From an uncultured bacterium (lineage in GTDB: Bacteria; Auribacterota; Erginobacteria; Erginobacterales; CAZKCI01): DNA of 32,000 nucleotides. The DNA is taken from the NCBI GenBank assembly GCA_964551475.1, contig CAZKCI010000034.1:9326-41325 (forward strand). The letters are read 5' to 3'. Below the pieces are notes generated by a model. It had not been told where the DNA came from, did no database searches, and worked only from the letters and a program-made list of their open reading frames with translations. The stretch's first letter is position 1; each line of letters opens with the position of its first letter. The position numbers and the translations under genes are program-made. Shown piece by piece: positions 24,059 through 31,510 of this stretch.

Positions 24059-25319
24059 AGAGATGTTTTCCGAAAAAGGCGATCATGGCATCCCAGGCTT
24101 TGATCAGGGCGAGGGAGCTGTTCTCGACCGCGGAGGAGGTGAAGATCAGGTTCCGGCAGATCTGGGCCGCGGGGAGATAGGGCAGTCCGACCAGGTGTCC
24201 CGCGCCTTCTTCTTTGATGTATTCGCAGGGATGACGCTGCCCGCTCTGTTGGAGACGGGACACGATCATGTCCGCGAAATCGGAGGCCGGCCAGACCTGG
24301 TCATCCGTTCCCGCGACCAGAAAGGACGGACCGTTGATGTTTTCTACACGGATGGTTGCCTCGCCTCCGCCGCCGGCAGACCGGAGGCCTCGTTCATAGC
24401 TTTCACGGAAGGCGACAGTCTTCCCCCGGAAGAGCTGGAACATGGTCGTCACGGGGACTTTCATCCGCAGGAAGGGTATGGGTTTTCCCCCCTGAGTCCA
24501 GGAGCTGCTGGGACGGCGGAAGTTTAAGCCCTGCCAGACGTACGAGCTGCCGGAGACGGCCGCCACCGCCTTGATCCGCGGATAGAGGGAACCGAGCAGG
24601 AGGGCCAGTTCGCCTCCCTTCGAGAACCCATAGACGGCGAGGCGGTTGCAATCCACGCCAGGGTGTTTCTTCAGCCAGACGATCCCCCTCTCCAGGAACT
24701 CCAACGGGATCTCCTGCAGTTCCTTGGGCAGCGATCCGGCGTTGAAATAGGCCAGGGCAAAGGCCGCGTAACCGCGGGCCGCGAGGAGGGCGGCGCGCGG
24801 TTCGCTGAAACCGCCGCCCGAACCGCTCAGGCAGATGACGGCGGGGTGCGGTCCTTTTCCGGTCGGCAGGAAGAGGACGCCGGTCACGCCGTCGCGGTCG
24901 ATCGGCTCGCGGACCAACGCGCTTTCCGGCGGGCAGAAGATCCGCCGGATGGTTGCCCGGGACAGTGTCTCCCCGTCGGCTTCGACGGAAACTTCCACCT
25001 CGAGTGGCGCCACCGTGCTTTTCTCGAAGAGGGGGACGGGTTGGGCCTGATCTCCGTCCGGCCGCATCGACCAGAGGAGCGCTGACGGGTCGGGGACGGC
25101 GAATGTCCCCGCGGAGGGCGCCTGTTTAGAAACATCGATCGAACCCGAGCTGTCGCTGAGGAAGGTTCCCCAGGAGACCCAGTCGACGCCCGCTTCGTCC
25201 CGCGTCCGCGCCCGCAGCGTGATTTTACGAGACGGCGTCAGCCCGCGCACCGTCACGGCCGTCAAGGGTCGATCCGCCAGGGAATCCATCGGCCGGATAG
25301 CTATAGACGTCGTATTCAA
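24057..25319 (-). CDS. BAAT / acyl-CoA thioester hydrolase family alpha/beta hydrolase
   Basis: Collinear with the mammalian ACOT/BAAT layout as I recall it: N-terminal beta-sandwich (VTVRGLTPSRKITLRARTRDE...LLWSM), then GVLFLPTGKGPHPAVICLSGSGGG...ALLAARGYAAFALAYFN...LEFLERGIVWLKKHP...GFSKGGELAL (nucleophile elbow), GTDDQVW and GAGH. GGGAGG lies 8 nt before TTG 25319. No signal peptide. Confidence 0.9.
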   Translation of the reverse strand: MNTTSIAIRPMDSLADRPLTAVTVRGLTPSRKITLRARTRDEAGVDWVSWGTFLSDSSGSIDVSKQAPSAGTFAVPDPSALLWSMRPDGDQAQPVPLFEKSTVAPLEVEVSVEADGETLSRATIRRIFCPPESALVREPIDRDGVTGVLFLPTGKGPHPAVICLSGSGGGFSEPRAALLAARGYAAFALAYFNAGSLPKELQEIPLEFLERGIVWLKKHPGVDCNRLAVYGFSKGGELALLLGSLYPRIKAVAAVSGSSYVWQGLNFRRPSSSWTQGGKPIPFLRMKVPVTTMFQLFRGKTVAFRESYERGLRSAGGGGEATIRVENINGPSFLVAGTDDQVWPASDFADMIVSRLQQSGQRHPCEYIKEEGAGHLVGLPYLPAAQICRNLIFTSSAVENSSLALIKAWDAMIAFFGKHL

Positions 25320-25351
25320 TTCCAGGCCTCCCTTCGAGTTGCCAATAGAAG

Positions 25352-27757
25352 CTATTTCGTTCGCCCGGACAGGCGCTCGAGCGCGGAGCGGGCCGCCGGG
25401 AAGTCCGGATTGAGCGAGAGGGCCGTCTCCAGATGCCGACGGGCTTCGCCGCTGCGTCCCTGCTCAATCAACAGGAGGGCGAGGCCGTAGTGGGCGCGCG
25501 CGGAGCGGGGATCGATCTCGATCGCCTTCTCATAGCGGACGCGCGCACCCTCCGTGTCCCCCGCGAGGCTTAGGGTCGCGCCCAGGTTGAGATGGGCTTC
25601 GGCGTAGGCCGGGTCGATCTGGAGCGCCTGCTCATAGTGGCCGATCGCGCCGTTCCAGTCGCCTTTCCGGGCCAGGAGGTTGGCGAGATTGTTGTGCGCG
25701 TCGGCCAGGAGCGGGTTGATCGTGAGCGCCCGCTCGAACTCCTTCGCCGCCTCCTCGTTCCGTCCCAGGGCGGCCAGGGCATTGCCAAGGTTGTTGCGGG
25801 CGTAGGCGGAGCCGGGATGAAGTCGGATCGCCTCCCGATATTCGTCGATCGCCTCCCCGTAGGCGCCCTTTCCCCCCAGGGCGAGGCCGAGGTTGTAGTG
25901 GGCCTCGTCGGAGCCGGGCTTGATCGCGGCCACCCGGCGGTAATCGGCGATCGCCTCCTCGCCGCGCCCCAGGCGCTCCAGCGCGCTGGCGCGGTTGTTG
26001 TAGGCTTGGACGCATTCCGGGTTGATCGCGAGGGCCCGCGCGAAGAGTTTCATCGCCTCGTCGGTCTTCCCGATCTGGAACCAGGCGATGCCCAGATTGC
26101 TTAAGATCTCGGCCTTGCCCGGCTCCAGGCGGAGCGCCTCCTCGTACTCCCGGATGGCATCGGTATAGCGTCCCAAGGAAACATAGAGCGCCCCGAGGTT
26201 GTTATGGGACTGGAAATCCTCCGGGTCTTCGCCCAGGGCGGCCCGATATTCCTGGATCGCCTCCTCGGTCTTCCCTTCATTCGCCAGGGCGAGGGCGAGG
26301 TCGTAGTGCCACTTGGAGGCCGAGGCCCGGTAGCCGGTGGGATCCCGACTGCAGAGGAAGAAAAGAGCGAGCCCGGCGGCGGCCCAGCCCAGCGCTCGCA
26401 CCCAGCGGCGGTCGCGGGCAAGCCCGCTGACCCGGCAGATCCCGAGCGCGGAGAAGAGGAGAATCCCCGGGATGGCCGGGACGCGGTAGCGGGCCGCGGC
26501 GACGAAGGGAAGCATCGAGAGGAAATAAAGGCCGACAAAGGCGAGGACCAGGATTCCGAGGCTTCGCGTCTCCGCCCCCCCTGATTCTCGGCGGCGTCCG
26601 TCAAGGATGAAGAACGCCGCCCCGAGCAGGGCGAGGGCCAAGACGGCGGGGAAGTTGAGGGGGATGGAGCGGAGGACGGGAGAGCTCAGGCGCACGAAAT
26701 CCAGCTCCTTGATGTTGGCCACCTCCCGCGGCCCCCAGAAAAGGACGGCTTTCTTCGCGGTCAATCTCAGGAAATCGAGCGGGCGGTCCCGGATGAAGTG
26801 GACGGCCTCCCGGCCGTAGAGGGACGAGGCTTGCGCCCAGCCCACCGTCCCCGCCGGGAGACCCAGACCCCCCTCCAGGGACCTGACCGCCCGGGGGTAG
26901 TCGAAGGGGGAACCGAAGATGCCGTGGTAGGGGAGGTTGTGATTGGTCCCGTCCGCGAGCGGGTTGTTCCCGACCGCGAGGCTCATGCCCGCATTGGCGG
27001 CGATCGGGACGAACTCGCCGCCGACCAGGTAGTTCCGGACGGCGGCGGGGAACACCGCCAGCGCCGTCCCGAGGAGGAAGCCCGCCAGACCGAGACGGCG
27101 GCGGGCCGAATGGTCCCGTTCTGGCGCGGGGACGGAGGACCGCCCGAGCCAGGCGGCCGCGACGGGCCAGAAGAGGAGGACGTTGGGGCGGAAAAGGGCG
27201 GCGACGCCGAGCGCGAGCCCCGCGGCGAACCCCCGTTTCAGGCCTGGTTCTTCACGGCCGCGGGCGATCAGCCAGAGGAGGAGCAGGGAGAGGAAGGCCT
27301 CGAGCGAGGTCCCGAGCAGCTCCCCTTCGTAGTAGATGAAGATCCAGTAAAGCGCCATCAGCCCGGCATACACCAATCCCACCGCCGCGCCGAACGGGCG
27401 GCGCGCGAAAAGATAGGCGAGGAGCGCCGCCAGGAGCCCCGCCGCCATCTGCAGGAGGCGGGGGGCATACTGCCCCCGGCCGAAGAGGCGGTAGACGAGA
27501 GCGAGCCAGTAGGCGTAGCCGGGAGGGCGGAAGAACGGGCGGCGGCGAATCTGGGGGTCCGTTTCGTCCTCCGGGACGCGCCAGTCTCCCGTGGCGATCC
27601 CGTTTGCCCAGTAGTCGTGGTAGGAGGCGTCGACGGTGGGATGGGAGAACTCGGGATGGGAGGCGATCTCGACGAGGTAGAGCGCGCGCATAAGCGCGCC
27701 GGCGAGCAGGACGACGGCGAGGGCGAGATGCGCTCGAGTCTTAATGCTCCGGCTCAT
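25352..27757 (-). CDS. GT-C membrane glycosyltransferase (ArnT/PMT-like) fused to ~9-10 C-terminal TPR repeats
   Basis: The real start is ATG 27757 (MSRSIKTRAHLALAVVLLAGAL...). The 349 codons upstream in the 1150-aa ORF are Arg/Gly/Pro junk overlapping the lipoprotein gene in another frame. Polytopic N-terminal half with VDASYHDYWA loop motif. The C-terminal half is TPR units of the AHNNLG.AL type. Confidence 0.85.
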   Translation of the reverse strand: MSRSIKTRAHLALAVVLLAGALMRALYLVEIASHPEFSHPTVDASYHDYWANGIATGDWRVPEDETDPQIRRRPFFRPPGYAYWLALVYRLFGRGQYAPRLLQMAAGLLAALLAYLFARRPFGAAVGLVYAGLMALYWIFIYYEGELLGTSLEAFLSLLLLWLIARGREEPGLKRGFAAGLALGVAALFRPNVLLFWPVAAAWLGRSSVPAPERDHSARRRLGLAGFLLGTALAVFPAAVRNYLVGGEFVPIAANAGMSLAVGNNPLADGTNHNLPYHGIFGSPFDYPRAVRSLEGGLGLPAGTVGWAQASSLYGREAVHFIRDRPLDFLRLTAKKAVLFWGPREVANIKELDFVRLSSPVLRSIPLNFPAVLALALLGAAFFILDGRRRESGGAETRSLGILVLAFVGLYFLSMLPFVAAARYRVPAIPGILLFSALGICRVSGLARDRRWVRALGWAAAGLALFFLCSRDPTGYRASASKWHYDLALALANEGKTEEAIQEYRAALGEDPEDFQSHNNLGALYVSLGRYTDAIREYEEALRLEPGKAEILSNLGIAWFQIGKTDEAMKLFARALAINPECVQAYNNRASALERLGRGEEAIADYRRVAAIKPGSDEAHYNLGLALGGKGAYGEAIDEYREAIRLHPGSAYARNNLGNALAALGRNEEAAKEFERALTINPLLADAHNNLANLLARKGDWNGAIGHYEQALQIDPAYAEAHLNLGATLSLAGDTEGARVRYEKAIEIDPRSARAHYGLALLLIEQGRSGEARRHLETALSLNPDFPAARSALERLSGRTK

Positions 27758-27855
27758 GACGAATGGTCTCCCCGCGGCGCGGGGGCAGCGAAGAAGAATC
27801 CGAGGGAAGGATTGTATCAGGAAACGAAACGGGGGGCGCCAGGGGAAAACGGGGA

Positions 27856-28878
27856 TCAGGGCGCGGCCACCGCGATTTTTCCGCCGGCGACATTCCGCAT
27901 GGCCCCGTCGGCCCTCAGGGCGACCGAGAAATTCCGGCCCTGGCGCTCGACGATCACGCCGTCGATCGGCTCGTCCTCCTCGAGGATCTTGACCTCCATC
28001 CCTTCCGCCAGCGACCGGACGCGGAACTTCTCCCGCTCCAGGTCCTCCTCGGGGAATTCCGGATTGAAGTAGCGGACGGTGAAGACCCTCGCGTAAGCTC
28101 GGACGACGGTGGCGGGATGCCAGTAGCCGTCGTCGGCCTTGAAGACCAGGATTTCGGTCCCTGTCTCCAGGTTCCAGTCTTCCGGGCCGAGGACCTCGGG
28201 TTCCGGAGTGGGCAGGGGACCGGTCTCCGCGGGCGCCTCCGGCGCGGGATCGAGGTTGCTCTCCGGTGTCGGCATCGCCTCCGGGTCCAGGGTCGCGGCG
28301 GACTCGCTCTCCGGCGTGGGCGCGACGGAGACCGCCACGAACTCCTCGAACGCGCTCGGCGGCGGGGGAGTGGCACGGCGGGGCGGGACGGCTTTGGCTG
28401 GGAGCAGTCCGCCGGCGCCGGCTGGCGTTGGCCCCGGTCCGGGCGTCTCCCCTCCCGGCCGGGCCTTTCCCGTCCCCGTAGGCGGGGCGATGGTGAAGAT
28501 CAGCGTCGACAATTCCTTGTCGTTGCGGAGCAGGAGAACCAGGTAGGATCCGGGCGGCAGCTCTTCGGTGTGGAGATCGCAAGCGACGAACGGCGCCGGC
28601 GTCTCGGGCTTTTCGACGATGAGCGACATCAGCTCCCAGTTCCCCTGCTCGTCCCGGAAGGAAAGCTGGAAGCCGATCTGGTCTACGGTGGGCTCCTTCG
28701 GCCGGTAGACCGCCCGCGCCGCCTGCCCGGCGGGGAGGGTGGCCCCGAGTCGCTTCCCGGCGCCGTCGGCCAGGAAAAATTCCCAGACGTCCGGCTTCCG
28801 GCAACCCCCGGCGAAAAGAAAAAGGGAGAGCAGCGCCAGGACCGGCGCTGCTCTCCCTTTGGCTGCTCTATCAGACAA
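27856..28878 (-). CDS. putative lipoprotein with Pro-rich linker and C-terminal SH3/Tudor-like region
   Basis: The TTG start is preceded by GGAGGG, which sits right after the PLD stop. ALLSLFLFAGGC fits the lipobox pattern. It has a P/T/E-rich linker. The C-terminus ILVFKADDGYWHPATVVRAYARVFTVRYFN resembles Tudor/agenet-like barrels; that fold call is inference only. Confidence 0.75.
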   Translation of the reverse strand: MSDRAAKGRAAPVLALLSLFLFAGGCRKPDVWEFFLADGAGKRLGATLPAGQAARAVYRPKEPTVDQIGFQLSFRDEQGNWELMSLIVEKPETPAPFVACDLHTEELPPGSYLVLLLRNDKELSTLIFTIAPPTGTGKARPGGETPGPGPTPAGAGGLLPAKAVPPRRATPPPPSAFEEFVAVSVAPTPESESAATLDPEAMPTPESNLDPAPEAPAETGPLPTPEPEVLGPEDWNLETGTEILVFKADDGYWHPATVVRAYARVFTVRYFNPEFPEEDLEREKFRVRSLAEGMEVKILEEDEPIDGVIVERQGRNFSVALRADGAMRNVAGGKIAVAAP

Positions 28879-28892
28879 TGACGCCCTCCGCC

Positions 28893-29903
28893 TCAGTACG
28901 TGGACTTGTAGGTGTACACGTAGATGGCGTTGGTCTTGTAGGAGCTGGTGACGGTGGAGTTGAGGATGGTCACGCAGTTCTCATCGTTGTCGTCGTCGGC
29001 GGACGCGGTCCAGTTGAAGGAGCCGGTGATCGTGCGCGGGGAGGACGTGGTCCCGCCGTCGATGGCCATGTACTTGTCGTGGAGAAGGCCCGCGTAGGCG
29101 TCCTTACGGACCGCGCAGCCCGCGCTCTTCATTGTGGTGTAGGTGCTTCCCGCCTGCCAGCTGTCGAAGGCCCCCTGGACCGTGACCCCGGCGTTTTTGC
29201 GGGCGATCAGCGCGTCCTGGATGGACGTGTCGGTGAAGGTGAAAATGTCGAAGTAGATGGAGGTGTTGGCGCTGGCGATGTGGGAATTGACGGCGGTGCG
29301 GACAGCGGCCTTGGGCGAGAAGTAGACGTAAACGGTCGACCCGTCAACCGTGGTGGAGCCGGAGTAGTCGACCTTGCTGGCGCCGAACGTCCCCGCGTAC
29401 ATCTGGAGAAACTCATTCTTGTACATGGTGGCGAGCGTGGCGGAGCCGCTGAAGATGATGATGTTGTTCTTGTCCGCCGTGGTCTGGTCGGTGCTGAAAT
29501 TGTAGGATCCGGTCACCACCTTGGTCCCGTCCGCAACGATGAACTTGTTGTGCATCAGGGCGGAGCGGTTGTCTTCGACGACCGGGATGCCGGCGGCAAC
29601 GAGGGAATCGTAGGAGGCCTGGTAGCCGGCTTTCCAGCGGTAGTCGGTCTCGGTCACGACCCGGACATCCACCCCTCTTCCCTTGGCGGAGATCAGGGCG
29701 TTGACGATCGAGGGCTGGTTCAAAGCATAGATGGCGACGTAGCAATAGCTCGTGGCCGCACTGATGACCGCAACGACCCTGGTGTCGATGGAGTTGGAGG
29801 TCGGGGGGGTGTTGAAATACACGGACATCGTCGCCTGGGAATCGGGGGCGAAAACTGCCATCAGGGAAATCGCTACCAGAACCGCCGTCAGCTTCACTCT
29901 CAT
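28893..29903 (-). CDS. secreted PLD-superfamily protein with two HKD motifs (tandem Nuc-like)
   Basis: MRVKLTAVLVAISLMAVFAPDSQA signal peptide. HKD1 is LMHNKFIVADGTKVVTGSYNFS. HKD2 is LLHDKYMAIDG...ITGSFNWTASADDDNDEN. GGAGGG lies 7 nt before ATG 29903. Visibly lower GC than its neighbours. Confidence 0.9.
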   Translation of the reverse strand: MRVKLTAVLVAISLMAVFAPDSQATMSVYFNTPPTSNSIDTRVVAVISAATSYCYVAIYALNQPSIVNALISAKGRGVDVRVVTETDYRWKAGYQASYDSLVAAGIPVVEDNRSALMHNKFIVADGTKVVTGSYNFSTDQTTADKNNIIIFSGSATLATMYKNEFLQMYAGTFGASKVDYSGSTTVDGSTVYVYFSPKAAVRTAVNSHIASANTSIYFDIFTFTDTSIQDALIARKNAGVTVQGAFDSWQAGSTYTTMKSAGCAVRKDAYAGLLHDKYMAIDGGTTSSPRTITGSFNWTASADDDNDENCVTILNSTVTSSYKTNAIYVYTYKSTY

Positions 29904-29969
29904 AACCGCCCTCCCTCGGGTTGGGATCTATTATTGGCTCTGGGACGCTGCGAACATCTTATGTAAGAA

Positions 29970-29984
29970 GCAATTGCCGTGCCA
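29970..29984 (-). promoter_or_regulatory. sigma54 (RpoN) promoter TGGCAC-GGCAA-TTGC
   Basis: The minus strand reads TGGCACGGCAATTGCTT: an exact match to both the -24 (GG) and -12 (GC) elements at canonical spacing. It lies ~65 nt upstream of the PLD start and immediately downstream of a sigma54-dependent activator gene. Confidence 0.7.
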
Positions 29985-30009
29985 ACACCGCATTAGGGAT
30001 GAAATAATA

Positions 30010-30047
30010 TACAACATATTGTACAGCAACATGATATGATATTGTTG
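30010..30047. promoter_or_regulatory. AT-rich inverted-repeat sites, candidate activator (UAS) or bending-protein sites
   Basis: TACAA-CATA-TTGTA (30010..30023) and CAACA-N11-TGTTG (30027..30047), 30-75 bp upstream of the sigma54 -24 box in the most AT-rich stretch of the window. Function inferred. Confidence 0.3.
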
Positions 30048-30111
30048 GTATTGGCCTGATCGCGAGTAAAAAGGCATTATGGCCCTATCGACTGAAAAGC
30101 TGCGGGAAATA

Positions 30112-30128
30112 AGGGCCAAAATGGCCCT
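30112..30128 (-). terminator. 7-bp hairpin AGGGCCA-AAA-TGGCCCT overlapping the regulator stop codon
   Basis: Read directly. On the minus strand it is followed by TATTT. ATGGCCCTAT also recurs at 30079..30088. Confidence 0.35.
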
Positions 30129-31509
30129 ATTTATGGTCCTCGGAAGGGGAAAGTTCTCGGGGGGAGATGCGGTAGTAAGCAAGCTTCCGCTTCAATGAAC
30201 GGTGAGGGCAGGAGAGTTCGCGGGCGGCCTTGGCGACATTTCCTCGCGTCCGGCGGAGGGCTTCCTCGATCAGGCATTTCTCGAAGACGCTGACCTTGTC
30301 TTTCAGCGCATCTCCGCCGCCGGGACAGAGGCCGTTCGGCTTGGCCGTGCCGCGCACGGCCTCCGTCAGATTGTCGCGGGAGAGGATGCCGTTCTTGAGG
30401 CCGGCGGAGGCCGCCTTGAGGACATTCTCCAGCTCGCGGACGTTCCCGGGCCAGTCGTGGCCGAGGAGGCAGTTCATGGCCTCCGGCGCCACCGGAATGC
30501 CGGTCCCGTCCGGGCGGCGCAGGAAATGATCGATCAGGAGGGGGATATCCTCCTTCCTCTCCCGGAGCGGCGCCACCCGCAGGGAGAGGACCTGGAGCCG
30601 GTAGTAGAGATCCTTGCGGAACTTCCCCGATTTCACGGCCTCTCCCAGATCCTCGTTGGTGGCGGCGATGACGCGGATGTCCGCCCGGACCGGCCGGTCG
30701 CCTCCCAGGGGGTCGAACTGCTTCTCCTCCAGCGCTTGCAGGAGCTTGGACTGGGCGGCCAGGCTCAAGGTCGCCACCTCGTCCAGGAAGAGCGTGCCGC
30801 CGTGGGCGGAAAGGATCTTGCCCTTTCTCTCCTGGAAGGCCCCGGTGAAGGCGCCCTTCTGATGGCCGAAGAGCTCGCTCTCCAGCAGTGTCTCGGGCAG
30901 GGCGCCGCAGTTGACCACGACAAAAGGGCCTTTCGCCCGTCCGCTCCCCTGGTGGATGGCCCGGGCGATCACGGATTTCCCGGTCCCGGTCTCGCCCGCG
31001 ATCGTGGCGCTGAGCTCGCTTCCGGCGGCCTTCTCGATGAACTCGTAGACCGCCCGCATGGCCGGGCTTCTTCCCACCAATCCCGGATAGGGGGAATGGG
31101 CTTTGAGCTCCCGGCGCAGCGACTTTACCTCGCTGACCAGCGCGCGGTGCCGGGCGACCTTCTCCAGGATGGCGAGGAGTTCCTCCCCGTTCACGGGCTT
31201 GGACAGGTAATCGAAGGCCCCTTTCCTCATCGCGTCCACCGCGTCCTTGATCGTCCCGAAAGCGGTCATGAGCAGGAGGGTCAGGTCCGGAAACTTCTCC
31301 CGCACCGCTTCCATCAGCTCGTGGCCGTTCATCTCCGGCATCCTGACGTCGGTGATGAGGACCTGGAACTCCGCGGTCTCCAGTATCTTCAGCGCCCGGG
31401 AGGGCCGGTCCGCGGTCTTCACCTCGTAGCCGGACATCTCGAGAAAGGCGCTCAGACTTTTGAGGAGGTTCGCCTCGTCATCCACCAGCAGAATCTTGAG
31501 TTTTCTCAT
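30127..31509 (-). CDS. sigma54-dependent response regulator (NtrC/AtoC family): receiver + AAA+ + Fis-type HTH
   Basis: KILLVDDE...VLITDVRMPEMNG receiver. Walker A GETGTGKS. GAFTGA sigma54-contact loop. FLDEV Walker B. R-finger region YRLQV. C-terminal NVAKAARELSCPHRSLKRKL HTH. Confidence 0.93.
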   Translation of the reverse strand: MRKLKILLVDDEANLLKSLSAFLEMSGYEVKTADRPSRALKILETAEFQVLITDVRMPEMNGHELMEAVREKFPDLTLLLMTAFGTIKDAVDAMRKGAFDYLSKPVNGEELLAILEKVARHRALVSEVKSLRRELKAHSPYPGLVGRSPAMRAVYEFIEKAAGSELSATIAGETGTGKSVIARAIHQGSGRAKGPFVVVNCGALPETLLESELFGHQKGAFTGAFQERKGKILSAHGGTLFLDEVATLSLAAQSKLLQALEEKQFDPLGGDRPVRADIRVIAATNEDLGEAVKSGKFRKDLYYRLQVLSLRVAPLRERKEDIPLLIDHFLRRPDGTGIPVAPEAMNCLLGHDWPGNVRELENVLKAASAGLKNGILSRDNLTEAVRGTAKPNGLCPGGGDALKDKVSVFEKCLIEEALRRTRGNVAKAARELSCPHRSLKRKLAYYRISPRELSPSEDHK

Positions 31510-31510
31510 C

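Noticed and set aside
28370-28385. TGGCAC hexamer on the + strand (28368 region), and one on the minus strand near 26300, as possible additional sigma54 promoters.
   Set aside because: Both lie inside coding sequence, lack a TTGC/GC element at the required spacing, and have no downstream gene in the right orientation.
25352-28804. A single 1150-aa ORF spanning the TPR glycosyltransferase and the whole lipoprotein gene.
   Set aside because: The first 349 codons are Arg/Gly/Pro junk overlapping the well-supported lipoprotein gene (27856..28878) in another frame. A proper start with a membrane N-terminus (MSRSIKTRAHLALAVVLL...) and a GGGGAG SD-like element exists at 27757.
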